NCBI GenBank assembly: GCA_963796055.1
Contig: CAWCKH010000004.1
Span: forward strand, 3,104,001 to 3,168,000
Length of the DNA: 64,000 nt
Direction of reading: 5' to 3'
DNA from: an uncultured delta proteobacterium
GTDB lineage: Bacteria; Myxococcota; Myxococcia; Myxococcales; Myxococcaceae
How positions within the stretch are numbered: position 1 is the stretch's first letter; the number at the start of each line of letters is the position of its first letter. A model generated the notes under the pieces. It did not search any database. It saw only the letters and a program-made list of their open reading frames with translations, and had not been told where the DNA came from. The translations under genes and the position numbers were made by a program. Of this stretch, positions 35,554 through 46,177 are shown piece after piece.

Positions 35554-38484
35554 ATGGGGAGGGTACTTCGGCGCACGTGCTGGGTGCTGGTGTGTGTGCT
35601 CGCCGCTTGCGGGGATCGGAACACGGTGAGTGTGGACGGGGCCCTGGAGCTCGCTCCGGGCACGCTCGACTTTCAGCAGGTCGCGGTCCACGACCAGCGC
35701 ACCTTGCCGGTCACCCTCCGCAACCGCGGTCGCGGACGGCTGGACCTCACCGGAATCAGCATCCAGGGCGCTTCGGGGACGAGCTGGCGCGTCGACGTCC
35801 CCGACGGCACGGCCGTCCTCCCGGGACAGACGGTCCAGGGCTCCGTCGCGTTCCAGCCCGCTGCAGCGGGACCGGTCACCGGGACGCTCCTCGTCACCAC
35901 CGACAGTGCCCTTTCTCCCCAGGGCACCGTCGCCCTGAAGGGAGAAGGCATCGAGGCGGAGGCGGCGGTCAAGGAGGAGGCGCTCGACTTCGGGAAGATC
36001 GAGGTCGGGGCCGACAAGCGGCTCCCCCTCAGCCTCTCCAACCCCTCCGCGCTGCCGGTGCAGGTGAGCGCGCGCGTGGTGGGCGCCGGCGCCGACGAGT
36101 TCTCGATGGACGCCGTGACCCTCGCCCCGGGCGAGACCCGTCTACAGGACGTGAGCTTTCATCCCCAGCGAGCGGGGGTGAAGCGGAGCGCGCTGGCCAT
36201 CACTCCCTGCAAGGGGTGCGGCGACCTTCTGGTGACGCTCGGAGGCGAGGGCCTGGAACGGGCGCTGGTCGCCATCCCTGCGACGCTCGACTTCGGGCTC
36301 GTGCCGACCGACTACACCCTCACCCAACCGGTCCTGCTCCAGAACCTCTCCACCGAACCGGTGACGGTGGAGGCACTGGCCGTGACCGGGCCGGCCGGGA
36401 ACTTCGCCGCCGGGGGAACTCCGGTACCGTTCACCCTCGCCGGCGGGGCCACGGCCACGGTGGACCTGAGCTTCACCAGCACGCAGCTCCCGCAGCTGCA
36501 GGGCAACGTCCGCTTCTCCACCATGACCCTGGGCCACCCCAACACGCTCGACGTCCCGCTGACCGGCACCGGCGGCGGCTCGAAGCTGTGCGTCGCCCCG
36601 CTGCTCCTCGAGTACGGCCAGCATGCGATCGGCACCCGGACCGATGCCTCGGTGACGGTGCGCAACTGCGGGGCGCCGGGTGACGTCTTCACGGTGAACT
36701 CCGCCACGCTCGTCTCCGGAGACACGAGCCAGTTCCAGATCGGCGCCGTGCCTTTCCCGGTGACCTTGACGCAGGGTGGACCGGTGGACTCGGTGGACAT
36801 CCCGGTGAGCTTCGTTCCCACCGTCGCCAAGGACCCGGTCGCGGCGCAGCTGCAGATCACCAGCTCACTGGCGGGCGGAACCGCGGTGGTGCAGCTGCAG
36901 AGCACCGCCGCCGCCTCCTCGCCGTGTAACCTCGAGGTCTCGCCGGGCACCCTGGACTTCGGGACCGTGGTCCCCGGCGCTCAGGCGCTCCTGGGGGTCA
37001 AGGTCCTCAATCCCGGCCCGGACGTCTGCGTGCTCAATCAGCTGACCCTGACCGACACCGGAGGCAACGTGTTCGGCCTCCCCGCGGGCAGCCTGGTCGC
37101 GTTCACCATGGGGCCCGGCTCCTACTTCACCAGCGAGGTGCAGTTCTCGGCCCCACAAACAGCGGGGAGCTTCACCGGAAACCTGCGGGTGCGGGGCAAC
37201 GGACAGGCAGACATCGACGTCCCACTCGAGGCGACCACGCAGAGTAGCTGCCTGGTGGCGAATCCCGGGTACGTCGACTTCGGCGTGGCCAGCCCGGCCT
37301 GTCCGGCCTCCACGCGACAGATCAGCGTCACCAACGGCTGCTCGGCGGCAGTGACCGTCAACTCGGCGGTGATCGGAGCCGGGAGCACCGACGGGGAGTT
37401 CCTCTTCGCCGTCGCGCCGCCCGTTCCTCAGAGCCTGGCCCCGGGGAGCCAGCTCACGCTGGAGGTGAAGTACCTGGCCAAGGTGTCCGGGCTGAACGTC
37501 TCTCCGCTGCTGATCGACAACTCGCTCTTCGCCCCGCCCTTGCTGGTCTCGCTGGTGGGGGAATCGAGCGCGACGGCCGTCCAGACCGATCGCTTCCTCC
37601 AGGGGAACCCCAGCCAGGTGGACGTGCTCTTCGTCGTCGACAACACAGCCTCGATGCTGGAGGAGAGCCCGAGACTGGTGGGCGCAATGCCGGCCTTCGC
37701 GAGCGCCGCGCTGGCCACCGGGACCGACGTGCACATCGGCGTGACCACCACCGGCATCGACCCCACCAACCCGGCGTGCCCAGGAGGCGCGGGCGGCGGG
37801 GAAGCGGGACGGCTGTTCCCGGCGAACAACAGCGCGCCTCGCCTCTTCACCTCGGCCACGCCCAACCTGGGCCAGGCGCTCCAGCAAGCGGTGCAGGTGG
37901 GCGAGTGCGGCTTCGAGCAGCAGGGGCTGGAGGCCATGCGACGCGCGCTCACCCCACCGCTGGTGAACCAGGCGGACGACCCGCTCACCTCGCTCTCCTC
38001 GGATGGGAACGCGGGTTTCTACCGAGACACGGCCTCCCTGGCGGTCGTGGTGGTGAGCGATGACGACGACACCTCACCGGACGCGGTGGCGACTTACGTC
38101 CGCTTCCTGCAGCAGCTCAAGGGGGCAGGGGCCGCCGGGCGTGCGTCGCTCTACGCCATCGTCCCCTCGGGGCAGAGCTGTCCCAGCGCCTCCGGGCAGG
38201 GCCTGCGCTACGCCGAGGCCGCGAGCCGGAGCGGCGGGGCGATCGAGTCGATCTGCGCCTCCGACTTCGGGCCGCTGCTGCAGGACGTGGTGGGCCGCGC
38301 CTTCTCGCCGCAGACCCGGTTCCCGCTGAGCGGAACGCCGGACGCGGCGGGGGTGACGGTGACGGTGAACGGCACTCCCGCCGCCGGCTGGGTCTACGAC
38401 GCGGCATCCAACACGGTGGTCTTCGCCGCCCCGCCGCCGCCGGGCGCCGAGATCAAGGTCAGCTACACCCGAGGCTGTGGCTGA
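35554..38484 (+). CDS. surface lipoprotein with tandem Ig-like (choice-of-anchor D/ASH) repeats and C-terminal vWA-like domain
   Basis: VLAAC lipobox; about 6 repeats beginning P..LDFG; DVLFVVDNTASM MIDAS-like motif and VVVSDDDD. Confidence 0.8.
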   Translation: MGRVLRRTCWVLVCVLAACGDRNTVSVDGALELAPGTLDFQQVAVHDQRTLPVTLRNRGRGRLDLTGISIQGASGTSWRVDVPDGTAVLPGQTVQGSVAFQPAAAGPVTGTLLVTTDSALSPQGTVALKGEGIEAEAAVKEEALDFGKIEVGADKRLPLSLSNPSALPVQVSARVVGAGADEFSMDAVTLAPGETRLQDVSFHPQRAGVKRSALAITPCKGCGDLLVTLGGEGLERALVAIPATLDFGLVPTDYTLTQPVLLQNLSTEPVTVEALAVTGPAGNFAAGGTPVPFTLAGGATATVDLSFTSTQLPQLQGNVRFSTMTLGHPNTLDVPLTGTGGGSKLCVAPLLLEYGQHAIGTRTDASVTVRNCGAPGDVFTVNSATLVSGDTSQFQIGAVPFPVTLTQGGPVDSVDIPVSFVPTVAKDPVAAQLQITSSLAGGTAVVQLQSTAAASSPCNLEVSPGTLDFGTVVPGAQALLGVKVLNPGPDVCVLNQLTLTDTGGNVFGLPAGSLVAFTMGPGSYFTSEVQFSAPQTAGSFTGNLRVRGNGQADIDVPLEATTQSSCLVANPGYVDFGVASPACPASTRQISVTNGCSAAVTVNSAVIGAGSTDGEFLFAVAPPVPQSLAPGSQLTLEVKYLAKVSGLNVSPLLIDNSLFAPPLLVSLVGESSATAVQTDRFLQGNPSQVDVLFVVDNTASMLEESPRLVGAMPAFASAALATGTDVHIGVTTTGIDPTNPACPGGAGGGEAGRLFPANNSAPRLFTSATPNLGQALQQAVQVGECGFEQQGLEAMRRALTPPLVNQADDPLTSLSSDGNAGFYRDTASLAVVVVSDDDDTSPDAVATYVRFLQQLKGAGAAGRASLYAIVPSGQSCPSASGQGLRYAEAASRSGGAIESICASDFGPLLQDVVGRAFSPQTRFPLSGTPDAAGVTVTVNGTPAAGWVYDAASNTVVFAAPPPPGAEIKVSYTRGCG

Positions 38485-38639
38485 GCTAACGTTGAGCGCA
38501 TGGACGGAAGGGGGCGGGGTGGGGCCCCTCCAGGCTGGTGCGTCGGTGTGGGTCGGCAGGGCCCGCCCGTTTGACCCCCGAAGAACGCCGCCGGTACCGT
38601 AGGCAGCTCGCTTCGCCAACCCGTGCCACGACCTTCGCG

Positions 38640-40274
38640 ATGACGCTCGCCGCCGGGACGCCCATCGGCAAGTACGTCGTCCGGCGCAAGCTCGCCGAGG
38701 GCGGAATGGCGGAGATCTACCTCGCCGCGGCGCTCGGCCCCGAGGGGTTCGAGAAGGACGTGGTCATCAAGCGCGTCCGCCCCGGGCTGGCCGGCGATCC
38801 GGACTTCGTGCGGATGTTCATCGCCGAGGCGAGGGTGGCCAGCCGGCTCAACCACGCCAACCTGGTCCACATCTTCGACTTCGACAAGCACGAGGACACC
38901 TACTACCTGGCGATGGAGTACGTGCGCGGCCACTCGCTCTGGGAGCTGCGCCGCCGGTGCCAGGAACGCGGCGTGGCCATCCCGCCGATCCTCGTCGCCC
39001 AGATCGGCATGGAGGTCGCGCGCGGGCTCGCCTACGCCCACCGGCTGAGCGACAACGGACACAGCCTGAACCTCGTCCACCGGGACGTCACCCCGCACAA
39101 CGTCCTCCTCAGCTTCGACGGCGCGGTGAAGCTCACCGACTTCGGCATTGCCAAGGCCGGTGGTCGCGTCACCACCTCGGGGATGCTGAAGGGGAAGTTC
39201 GCCTACATGTCGCCGGAGCAGGCACGGGGCGACGTGGTGGATGCCCGCACCGACGTCTTCGCCCTCGGGGTCACGCTGTGGGAGCTGCTCACCGGTGCCC
39301 GGCTGTTCGAGGGCGACGGCGACGTGGCGGTGCTGCGCGCGGTGCAGGAGCGCCTCATCGTCCCGCCCGCCAGGCTCAACCCGGCGGTCGCCGCGCAGCT
39401 CGACGCCGCGGTGATGCGTGCGCTGGAGCGGAACCGCACCCGCCGCTGGCCCACCGCGCACGGGCTGGAGCGCGCCCTCGCCGAGGTCCTCCTCACCGGG
39501 GCCCGCTCGCTGGAGGACACCGACGTCGGCGCCTTCCTTCGGCGGATGTTCCCCGAGGAAGCCGGGGTGGCCGAGCCGGTGGCTGGCACGACGTCGATCC
39601 CCATCTCGCTGTCCGTCTCGGCCCCGCCGGGCGCCCCCACCCCCGAGCGCGCTCCGGGCGAGTCCGTGGCACAGCCGACGGAGCTCGCTACGCCCGCGGC
39701 GGTCGAGCCCGTGGAGACCGAGGTCATCCCCGGCGCCGCGCGGACGCCCCGGCCTTGGCCGGCGGTGCTGCTCGCCCTCGGGGCGATCGCCGCGGCGACG
39801 ATCCTCGGGGTGCGCTCCGGACCGGGGCTGGTGGCCCGCTGGCGCGGGCAGGAGACGCCCGTCCCCGCCGCAGCGGCTCCGGCCGTCCTGCCGGCGGTGA
39901 CCAGCGCCGAGACCGGGCAGCCGGCGCCCCCTGAAGCGACGACAGCCTCCGCCACGCAGCCGGCGACGGCGGCGCCCGCGCCCCCCACTCCCCGGGCTGC
40001 GTCGACCGAGCCGGATGCCGCCGCGCGGAGCGGGGGAGGGGTGCCGGGCTCCGCCGTGGTCCGGGCGCGCCTGGTCATCCGCGCCAAGCCGTGGGCCGAG
40101 CTCCGGGTCGACGGAAGGCGCGCGGGGTACGTGCAGGGCTCCAGGACGGTGCGGCTCCCGGCCGGGCGTCACCTGGTCGAGCTCACCGGGCCCGACGGCG
40201 TCGCCGGCACCTACACGGTGCAGCTCGTCCAGGGCCGCACGGCCACGCTCGAGCATCCGCCCGGCGATCGCTGA
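38640..40274 (+). CDS. Hanks-type Ser/Thr protein kinase with TM helix and C-terminal PEGA-like domain
   Basis: LAEGGMAEIY, VIKR, HRDVTPHN, DFGIAK, YMSPEQ; PWAELRVDG. Confidence 0.93.
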   Translation: MTLAAGTPIGKYVVRRKLAEGGMAEIYLAAALGPEGFEKDVVIKRVRPGLAGDPDFVRMFIAEARVASRLNHANLVHIFDFDKHEDTYYLAMEYVRGHSLWELRRRCQERGVAIPPILVAQIGMEVARGLAYAHRLSDNGHSLNLVHRDVTPHNVLLSFDGAVKLTDFGIAKAGGRVTTSGMLKGKFAYMSPEQARGDVVDARTDVFALGVTLWELLTGARLFEGDGDVAVLRAVQERLIVPPARLNPAVAAQLDAAVMRALERNRTRRWPTAHGLERALAEVLLTGARSLEDTDVGAFLRRMFPEEAGVAEPVAGTTSIPISLSVSAPPGAPTPERAPGESVAQPTELATPAAVEPVETEVIPGAARTPRPWPAVLLALGAIAAATILGVRSGPGLVARWRGQETPVPAAAAPAVLPAVTSAETGQPAPPEATTASATQPATAAPAPPTPRAASTEPDAAARSGGGVPGSAVVRARLVIRAKPWAELRVDGRRAGYVQGSRTVRLPAGRHLVELTGPDGVAGTYTVQLVQGRTATLEHPPGDR

Positions 40275-40320
40275 GCGCGTGCTCCGACCAGCGCACACCA
40301 TCCTGAACGGCCGACCCCCC

Positions 40321-40350
40321 TTGACGGGAGTAGAAACCACTCAATACCAT
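40321..40350 (+). promoter_or_regulatory. sigma70-type promoter
   Basis: TTGACG-18 bp-TACCAT in an AT-rich intergenic region. Confidence 0.6.
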
Positions 40351-40385
40351 CTTGTCAGTAGCAGATATTCTCAATCCATCATTCA

Positions 40386-40913
40386 ATGGATTATCTCGAC
40401 CCGGGAGAGCTGGCGCGCATCGAGAGCGAGTTCGCCCGCGGCCTGTCCGCCGGGGCGATCGTCGAGATCTTCCGCCCCAAGGGCGTTCGCCTCTCCGAGG
40501 CCACCTTCCGCAAGTACGTGCAGGCGGGCCTCCTGCCCCGCAGTCGCCGGGTGGGCCGCAAGGGCAAGCACCGCGGCAGCCACGGGCTCTACCCCGTCGA
40601 GTCGGTGCGGCGGATCAACGCCATCAAGAAGATGATGGCTGCCGGCCTCACCCTGGAGGAGATCCGCCGCTCCTTCGTCGGGGTGAAGAACCACATCGAC
40701 CAGGTGGAGCGCAGCCTGGACGAGACGCTGAGCGGGCTCGAGTCCGAGCTCGGCGAGCGGGCCCTGGCCACCGCTCAGAAGCGGAGCCTGCAGGGAGAGC
40801 TCACCGGCCTGCGCCGGCGCGCCGAGGATCTGGTGGCCGACCTCTCACGGGTCGGTAGCGCGCTCACCGCGCAGCGGGCCCTCGGCTCCCTCGAGCGGAG
40901 CGATCTGTCGTGA
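40386..40913 (+). CDS. MerR-like HTH regulator with coiled coil
   Basis: SEATFRKYVQAGLLP..GLYP..RINAIKKMMAAGLTLEEI. Confidence 0.8.
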   Translation: MDYLDPGELARIESEFARGLSAGAIVEIFRPKGVRLSEATFRKYVQAGLLPRSRRVGRKGKHRGSHGLYPVESVRRINAIKKMMAAGLTLEEIRRSFVGVKNHIDQVERSLDETLSGLESELGERALATAQKRSLQGELTGLRRRAEDLVADLSRVGSALTAQRALGSLERSDLS

Positions 40914-40961
40914 CACCACTGGCGACCAGTTCGCCGTCGAGCGGTCCGGAGGAGGGAAGCA

Positions 40962-41438
40962 ATGAGTGAGGCCAAGCCCGAGTGGACGGCGGAACCCGGC
41001 GGGGAGCCACAGGGCGCTCCCGCGGCGCCTGCGGAGCGCCGCCGCTCCAAGACCATGTCCCGGAAGGAGATGGCTCGCGAGCTGCGCCGGCGCCGCCTCT
41101 CCGGCGAGGTGGACCCCGAGGAGCAAGAGCTGCTCCGGAGCGTCGAGGACAACCGGCCTCGCACCCGGGCGGACTGCATCAACGGCCCGCGCCCCTGCCT
41201 CTTCGTCTCCTGCAAGCACAACCTCTACCTGGACGTGAACCCGGAAACCGGGTCCATCAAGCTCAACTTTCCGGACAAGGAGATCTGGGAGCTCGAGCAC
41301 ACCTGCGCACTGGACGTGGCGGAGAAGGGCGGCATCACCCTCGAGGAGGTGGGGGAGATCATGAATCTCACCCGCGAGCGCATCCGCCAGGTGGAGACCC
41401 GCGGCCTCGCCAAGCTGCGCGAGGCCACCGAGGACTGA
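40962..41438 (+). CDS. asgB: AsgB-like DNA-binding protein (Cys cluster + sigma70 region-4 HTH)
   Basis: [20 protein letters not shown] region-4 HTH in a 158 aa protein; position before purH matches recalled M. xanthus synteny. Confidence 0.7.
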   Translation: MSEAKPEWTAEPGGEPQGAPAAPAERRRSKTMSRKEMARELRRRRLSGEVDPEEQELLRSVEDNRPRTRADCINGPRPCLFVSCKHNLYLDVNPETGSIKLNFPDKEIWELEHTCALDVAEKGGITLEEVGEIMNLTRERIRQVETRGLAKLREATED

Positions 41439-41627
41439 CCAGCAGCCCATGCCGTTCTTCTGCATGCGGAGCGCTGAAGCGCGGCTGGGCCCCGTGCCGC
41501 GGGCCGCCTGCGCCGGGGCCGGGGCAGGGTGGACCCCCCGGTGCCGCCGGGCAGCGCTCGTTCGTTGACACTCGGGAGGGCTGCGGTGTTTCGTCCCGGT
41601 GCCCTCCCGCCGCACTCCCCAGGACCC

Positions 41628-43166
41628 GTGATCGCCCTTCTCAGCGTCTCCGACAAGCGGGGACTCGTTCCCTTCGCCCGTGGTCTGGTCGACCTCGGAT
41701 TCCAGCTCCTCAGCACCGGCGGAACCCTGCAGGCACTGAAAGAGGCGGGGCTCCCTGCGGGCAAGGTGTCCGAGCACACCGGAAGCCCGGAGATCCTCGG
41801 CGGCCGGGTGAAGACGCTCCATCCCCGGATCCACGGCGGGCTGCTCGGGCGCCCGGACCTCGCGTCGGACCGCGCAGAGATGGAGGCCGGGGGCATCGCC
41901 CCCATCTCGGTCCTGGCGGTGAACCTCTACCCGTTCCGCGAGACGGTGGCCAAGGGACTCGGGGAGCAGGAGATCCTGGAGAACATCGACATCGGGGGGC
42001 CGGCGATGATCCGCGCCGGGGCCAAGAACGCCGCCTCGGTCACGGTGGTCGTCGACCCCGAGGATTACCCGGCGGTGCTGGAGGAGCTGCGCCGGGGTGG
42101 CACCTCGCCGGAGACCCGTCGCCGCCTCCAGCGCAAGGCCTACGCCCACACCGCGGCCTACGACGCGAGCATCGCCGGGTGGATGGCGGAGCGAGACGGG
42201 GTCCCCTTCCCAGACGAGCTGGCGCTCGGGTTCCGGAAGGTCCAGGAGCTGCGCTACGGCGAGAACCCGCACCAGCGCGGCGCCTGGTACCGCGGCTACC
42301 GCGAGCCGCCCGGTCCTTCGGTCTCCTTCGCCGAGGTGCTGCAGGGCAAGGAGCTCTCGTACAACAACCTGCTCGATCTGGACGCCGCGCTGGCCCTGGC
42401 GCTGGAGTTCCCGGAGCGACCGGCGGCGGTCATCATCAAGCACAACACCCCCTGCGGCGTGGCACAGGACGAGGTGCTGGAGAAGGCCTACCGGGTCGCG
42501 CGCGCAGTGGACGAGGTTTCGGCCTTCGGGGGGATCGTCGCCTGCAACCGCGAGGTGGACGAGCCCACCGCCCGGGCGATGGCCGAGACCTTCCTCGAGG
42601 CGGTGATCGCGCCGGGGTACTCGGACGCCGCCCGCGCGGTGCTCGGGGGCAAGAAGAATCTCCGGTTGCTCGACGCCCGGAAGGCCTGGGCCCCGGTGGC
42701 CCGCCCCTTCGCCTCGTTCGAGCTGCGGAGCATCTCCGGAGGGCTGCTGGTGCAGGACCGCGACGCGGTCGAGCCTTCCACTGAATGGAAGGTGGTGACC
42801 CGGCGTTCGCCCACCGCCGCCGAGCTCGCCGCCCTGCGCTTCGGATGGCGGGTGTGCAAGCACGTGAAGAGCAACGCCATCGTCTTCTCCACCGCCGAGC
42901 GGATCCTCGCCGTGGGCGGCGGCCAGACCAGCCGGGTGGAGTCAGTGAAGATCGCTGCCGCCCGTGGGGGCGAGGCGCTCCGCGGGAGCGCGGTGGCGTC
43001 CGACGCCTTCTTCCCCTTCCGGGACGGCATGGACGCGCTGGCCCAGGCCGGCGCCCGGGCGGTGGCCCAGCCCGGAGGCAGCGTCCGGGATGCCGAGGTC
43101 ATCGCCGCTGCCGATGAGCACGACGTGGCAATGGTCTTCACCGGCGTGCGGCACTTCCGGCACTGA
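41628..43166 (+). CDS. purH: bifunctional AICAR transformylase/IMP cyclohydrolase
   Basis: [50 protein letters not shown]. Confidence 0.97.
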   Translation: MIALLSVSDKRGLVPFARGLVDLGFQLLSTGGTLQALKEAGLPAGKVSEHTGSPEILGGRVKTLHPRIHGGLLGRPDLASDRAEMEAGGIAPISVLAVNLYPFRETVAKGLGEQEILENIDIGGPAMIRAGAKNAASVTVVVDPEDYPAVLEELRRGGTSPETRRRLQRKAYAHTAAYDASIAGWMAERDGVPFPDELALGFRKVQELRYGENPHQRGAWYRGYREPPGPSVSFAEVLQGKELSYNNLLDLDAALALALEFPERPAAVIIKHNTPCGVAQDEVLEKAYRVARAVDEVSAFGGIVACNREVDEPTARAMAETFLEAVIAPGYSDAARAVLGGKKNLRLLDARKAWAPVARPFASFELRSISGGLLVQDRDAVEPSTEWKVVTRRSPTAAELAALRFGWRVCKHVKSNAIVFSTAERILAVGGGQTSRVESVKIAAARGGEALRGSAVASDAFFPFRDGMDALAQAGARAVAQPGGSVRDAEVIAAADEHDVAMVFTGVRHFRH

Positions 43167-43179
43167 CGCGCCGCCCCGA

Positions 43180-46167
43180 ATGCGCCTCCGATGTGAACAG
43201 TGCGGTACCGAGTACTCGCTGCCGGACGAGTCGGTCGCCCGGGCGACGCGCGCCCGCTGTCCGCGGTGCAAGCACGCGCAGGCCCTGGGGCCTGGGGGCG
43301 TGCCGCTCAGCACGCCACCGGGGGGCAAGAGCCACATCGGCCGGGTGGTGCTGACCACCCTCCCCGTCGAGCCCACTCCCCAGCCCCCGCAGGAGGAGGA
43401 GCTCTTCGGTGAGCTGGAGTGGGAGACGGACAGCGAGCTCGAGTTCGTGGTGGGCCGGAGCCACGTCCAGTTCGAGGAGTTCCCGCCTGCCGCGCCTCCG
43501 AGCGTTCCTCCGGTGAGCCAGCCGGGCGGGAGCGCTCCAGGCCCGCTCCAGGCCCCGAGCTCCGCGCCCATCGACTTCAGCGACATCCACATCGAGGAGG
43601 ACGGGGCGACGCCCGGCGCCGCGCGGAGCGGGCCAGAAGCGGACGCGTGGCCGGAGACCGAGCGGTCGGATCCATGGAGGACCACGCCGCTTCCCCCCCT
43701 GCAGCAGCCCCTCTCGCCTGCGGCGCGGAGCACCCAGGGACAGCACCGCCCGGTGCAGCCGGCCCCCGCCGTCCCGGCCACCACCCCGACCGGCGCACCA
43801 TCGCCGTCTGACCTCGCTCCCACCACGCCCCGCCCGGCTCCGGGCCCGGCGATGACGCCCACCGCCGGCGGCACCCCGGCGGGTCCAGCCCCGGTGCCGG
43901 TCGCGTCTGCCGAGCCGTGTGGCGCCTGCGGCGGGAAGCTGGTCGACGCCGATGACCTGGCCAGCGGAGTCTGCGGCGCGTGCCGGGCCCGCACTGCCGC
44001 CGCGCTCGGCCGGGGTCTGCCGGTCTACGGTCCGGTCACCCCGGCCGGATCGAAGCCCCCGGCCATGTCCGAGCCGGTCACGGTGGACCTCACCGGGCGC
44101 ACCCCCGCGCCCTCGGCGCGCCCGCGCCGTGCCTTCCGGACCATGCCCGAGCCGGAGCGACGAGGTCGGGTCTGGATCCTGCTCGGGGTGCTGGGCATTG
44201 CCGCTGCCGTCTCCGCGGTGCTCTGGTACCTGCGCGTGCGGCCGGACCCGGCGGATCTGGAGCGCGTGGCCGAGGTCCTTCCCCGTCCGGGCAAGAGGAA
44301 GCCCCCCACCGAGGCCCGGCTTCCCGAGGGGCTGGAGGTGCGGCTGGCATCCTGGAAGGCGCCGGCCGAGCCCCGCCCTGTCCCCGACCTCCTCGGCTCG
44401 GCCCAGCTCGACCTGGCGAAGGACACCGAGGTCTCCGAGCTCTCCGCCGAGCACACCCTGGAGTCGGCCCTCCTCCAGGAGCCCCGCAACCCGGAGGCGC
44501 TCGGCCTGTGGATGGAGGCCATCGCTCGTGGACGGGGAAGTCACCTCGCCGCGGGCGAGCTCGATGCGCTGGTGCGGCTCGGCGAGAGCGCGCTGGAGCG
44601 GCTGGGCCGGCGTCCTCCGCTCCAGGTCGGGCTGGCCAGCCTGTTGCTGGTGCGGGGCGCTGCCCAGGACATCGAGCGTGCCCGGACCCTGGGACAGGCC
44701 GCGGTGGACGCCACTCGACCGCCGCCGTCTCCTCCGCCGGGGACGCCGCCACCGCCGAGCCCCACCGCTGGCCCGCCGGCCGTCTGGGGAACCCGCGCCC
44801 GGCTGGTGCTGGCGGAGGCCTACGCGCCCTCGTCGGCCGCGCTCGCGCTCTCCCTCCTGCAGGAGGTCCAGCAGCGAGACCCGGGCCAGAGACGGGTGTT
44901 CAACGTCCGCGCGGTGACGCACGAGGCTGCGGGGTCGCCGCGCGCGGCCGGGGGGGACCTCCAGTCGCGCCTGGCAGTGGACCCCGACGAGCCGCGTACC
45001 GCGCGGGCACTGGCCCGGCTCTGGGGGCAGGTGGGCGAGACGGCGCAGGCGCGGCGCCTCTACGAGCGGCTGCAGGCGAACCCGGCGACCCAGGACGGGC
45101 CGGCGGTCATCGAGATGGCCGCGCTGCGGGCCGGCGCCGAGCGGGCCCCCGCCGAGGCGGTGAAGCTCGTCCAGCACGCGTTGCAGCGCGGGCGGCTGGA
45201 GGGCTCGGACCTGCTCCGGGCGCAGCTCTGCCTGGCCCGGGTGGCCCGTGCCGCGGGCGACCTTCCGGTGGCGGTGCAGGCGGTCACCGCGGCCCTGGCG
45301 ATCGCCCCCGACGATGTGCAGGCGCACCTCCAGGCACTGCTGGTCGATCTGGACCGGGGAGAGGCGGACCGCGCCAGCGCGCACCTCGGCCCGGTCGTCG
45401 ACCACCTCGGCGATGCCGGGCTGGCCGCGCTGCTCGAGGGAAGGGTCCGGGCGGCCCAGCAGCGCTGGCAGCCCGCCGCCGAGGCCTTCGACCGCGCCGC
45501 CTCGACGGACGCCCGCCGCACCGACGCTCGGCTCTGGGCCGGTGCCGCGTGGGCCATGACCGGGACGCGCGAGCGGGCGCTCCAGAGCGTGGCCCCGGCG
45601 CTCCAGGCGGACCCTTTCCGCGATGGCCCCGGTGTTCCGCCGCTCTGGCCCGGCGACGGGCTCAAGGGCGCCGCCGAGCGACTGGTGCTGCTCAGCAAGG
45701 AGGACCGCGACGGACAGCCCTTGCTGGCGGAGGCCGTGCTTCGGGTGCACCAGGGAGACGCGCCGGCCGCCGAGGCCCTCATCGATCGCATCCTGAAGAC
45801 CGGCACCACCCAGGCGGTGGTGCTGGGGTGGAAGTCCATCCTCGTGGCCGCGCGGGGAGACACCGCCGGGGCGCTCGCCCGCGCCCAGGAAGCGGTCGCG
45901 GCGGGGGGGCGCACCAGCGGCTTCGCCCAGTACGCGCTGGGCTCGGCGCTCCTCGCCACGGGCGACCTCGAGGGCGCCCAGCGCGCACTTCGCGAGGCCC
46001 AGACCCTGAGCCCAGGGTTGCTCGCGGCCCAGGTGCGGCTCGCCGAGGTGGAGGCTCGCCTGGGGGCAATCGTGTCCGCCCGGGAACGACTCCAGCGTGT
46101 CATCGTGCTCGATCCGGAGTACGCCTCGGCCCGGCGGGCCTTGTACCTTCTGCCGCCAGAGGGTTGA
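43180..46167 (+). CDS. zinc-ribbon (MJ0042-like) + TM + TPR protein
   Basis: CEQC...CPRC and CGAC...CGAC, Pro-rich linker, single TM, TPR-like repeats. Confidence 0.8.
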   Translation: MRLRCEQCGTEYSLPDESVARATRARCPRCKHAQALGPGGVPLSTPPGGKSHIGRVVLTTLPVEPTPQPPQEEELFGELEWETDSELEFVVGRSHVQFEEFPPAAPPSVPPVSQPGGSAPGPLQAPSSAPIDFSDIHIEEDGATPGAARSGPEADAWPETERSDPWRTTPLPPLQQPLSPAARSTQGQHRPVQPAPAVPATTPTGAPSPSDLAPTTPRPAPGPAMTPTAGGTPAGPAPVPVASAEPCGACGGKLVDADDLASGVCGACRARTAAALGRGLPVYGPVTPAGSKPPAMSEPVTVDLTGRTPAPSARPRRAFRTMPEPERRGRVWILLGVLGIAAAVSAVLWYLRVRPDPADLERVAEVLPRPGKRKPPTEARLPEGLEVRLASWKAPAEPRPVPDLLGSAQLDLAKDTEVSELSAEHTLESALLQEPRNPEALGLWMEAIARGRGSHLAAGELDALVRLGESALERLGRRPPLQVGLASLLLVRGAAQDIERARTLGQAAVDATRPPPSPPPGTPPPPSPTAGPPAVWGTRARLVLAEAYAPSSAALALSLLQEVQQRDPGQRRVFNVRAVTHEAAGSPRAAGGDLQSRLAVDPDEPRTARALARLWGQVGETAQARRLYERLQANPATQDGPAVIEMAALRAGAERAPAEAVKLVQHALQRGRLEGSDLLRAQLCLARVARAAGDLPVAVQAVTAALAIAPDDVQAHLQALLVDLDRGEADRASAHLGPVVDHLGDAGLAALLEGRVRAAQQRWQPAAEAFDRAASTDARRTDARLWAGAAWAMTGTRERALQSVAPALQADPFRDGPGVPPLWPGDGLKGAAERLVLLSKEDRDGQPLLAEAVLRVHQGDAPAAEALIDRILKTGTTQAVVLGWKSILVAARGDTAGALARAQEAVAAGGRTSGFAQYALGSALLATGDLEGAQRALREAQTLSPGLLAAQVRLAEVEARLGAIVSARERLQRVIVLDPEYASARRALYLLPPEG

Positions 46168-46177
46168 TCGAACGCCG

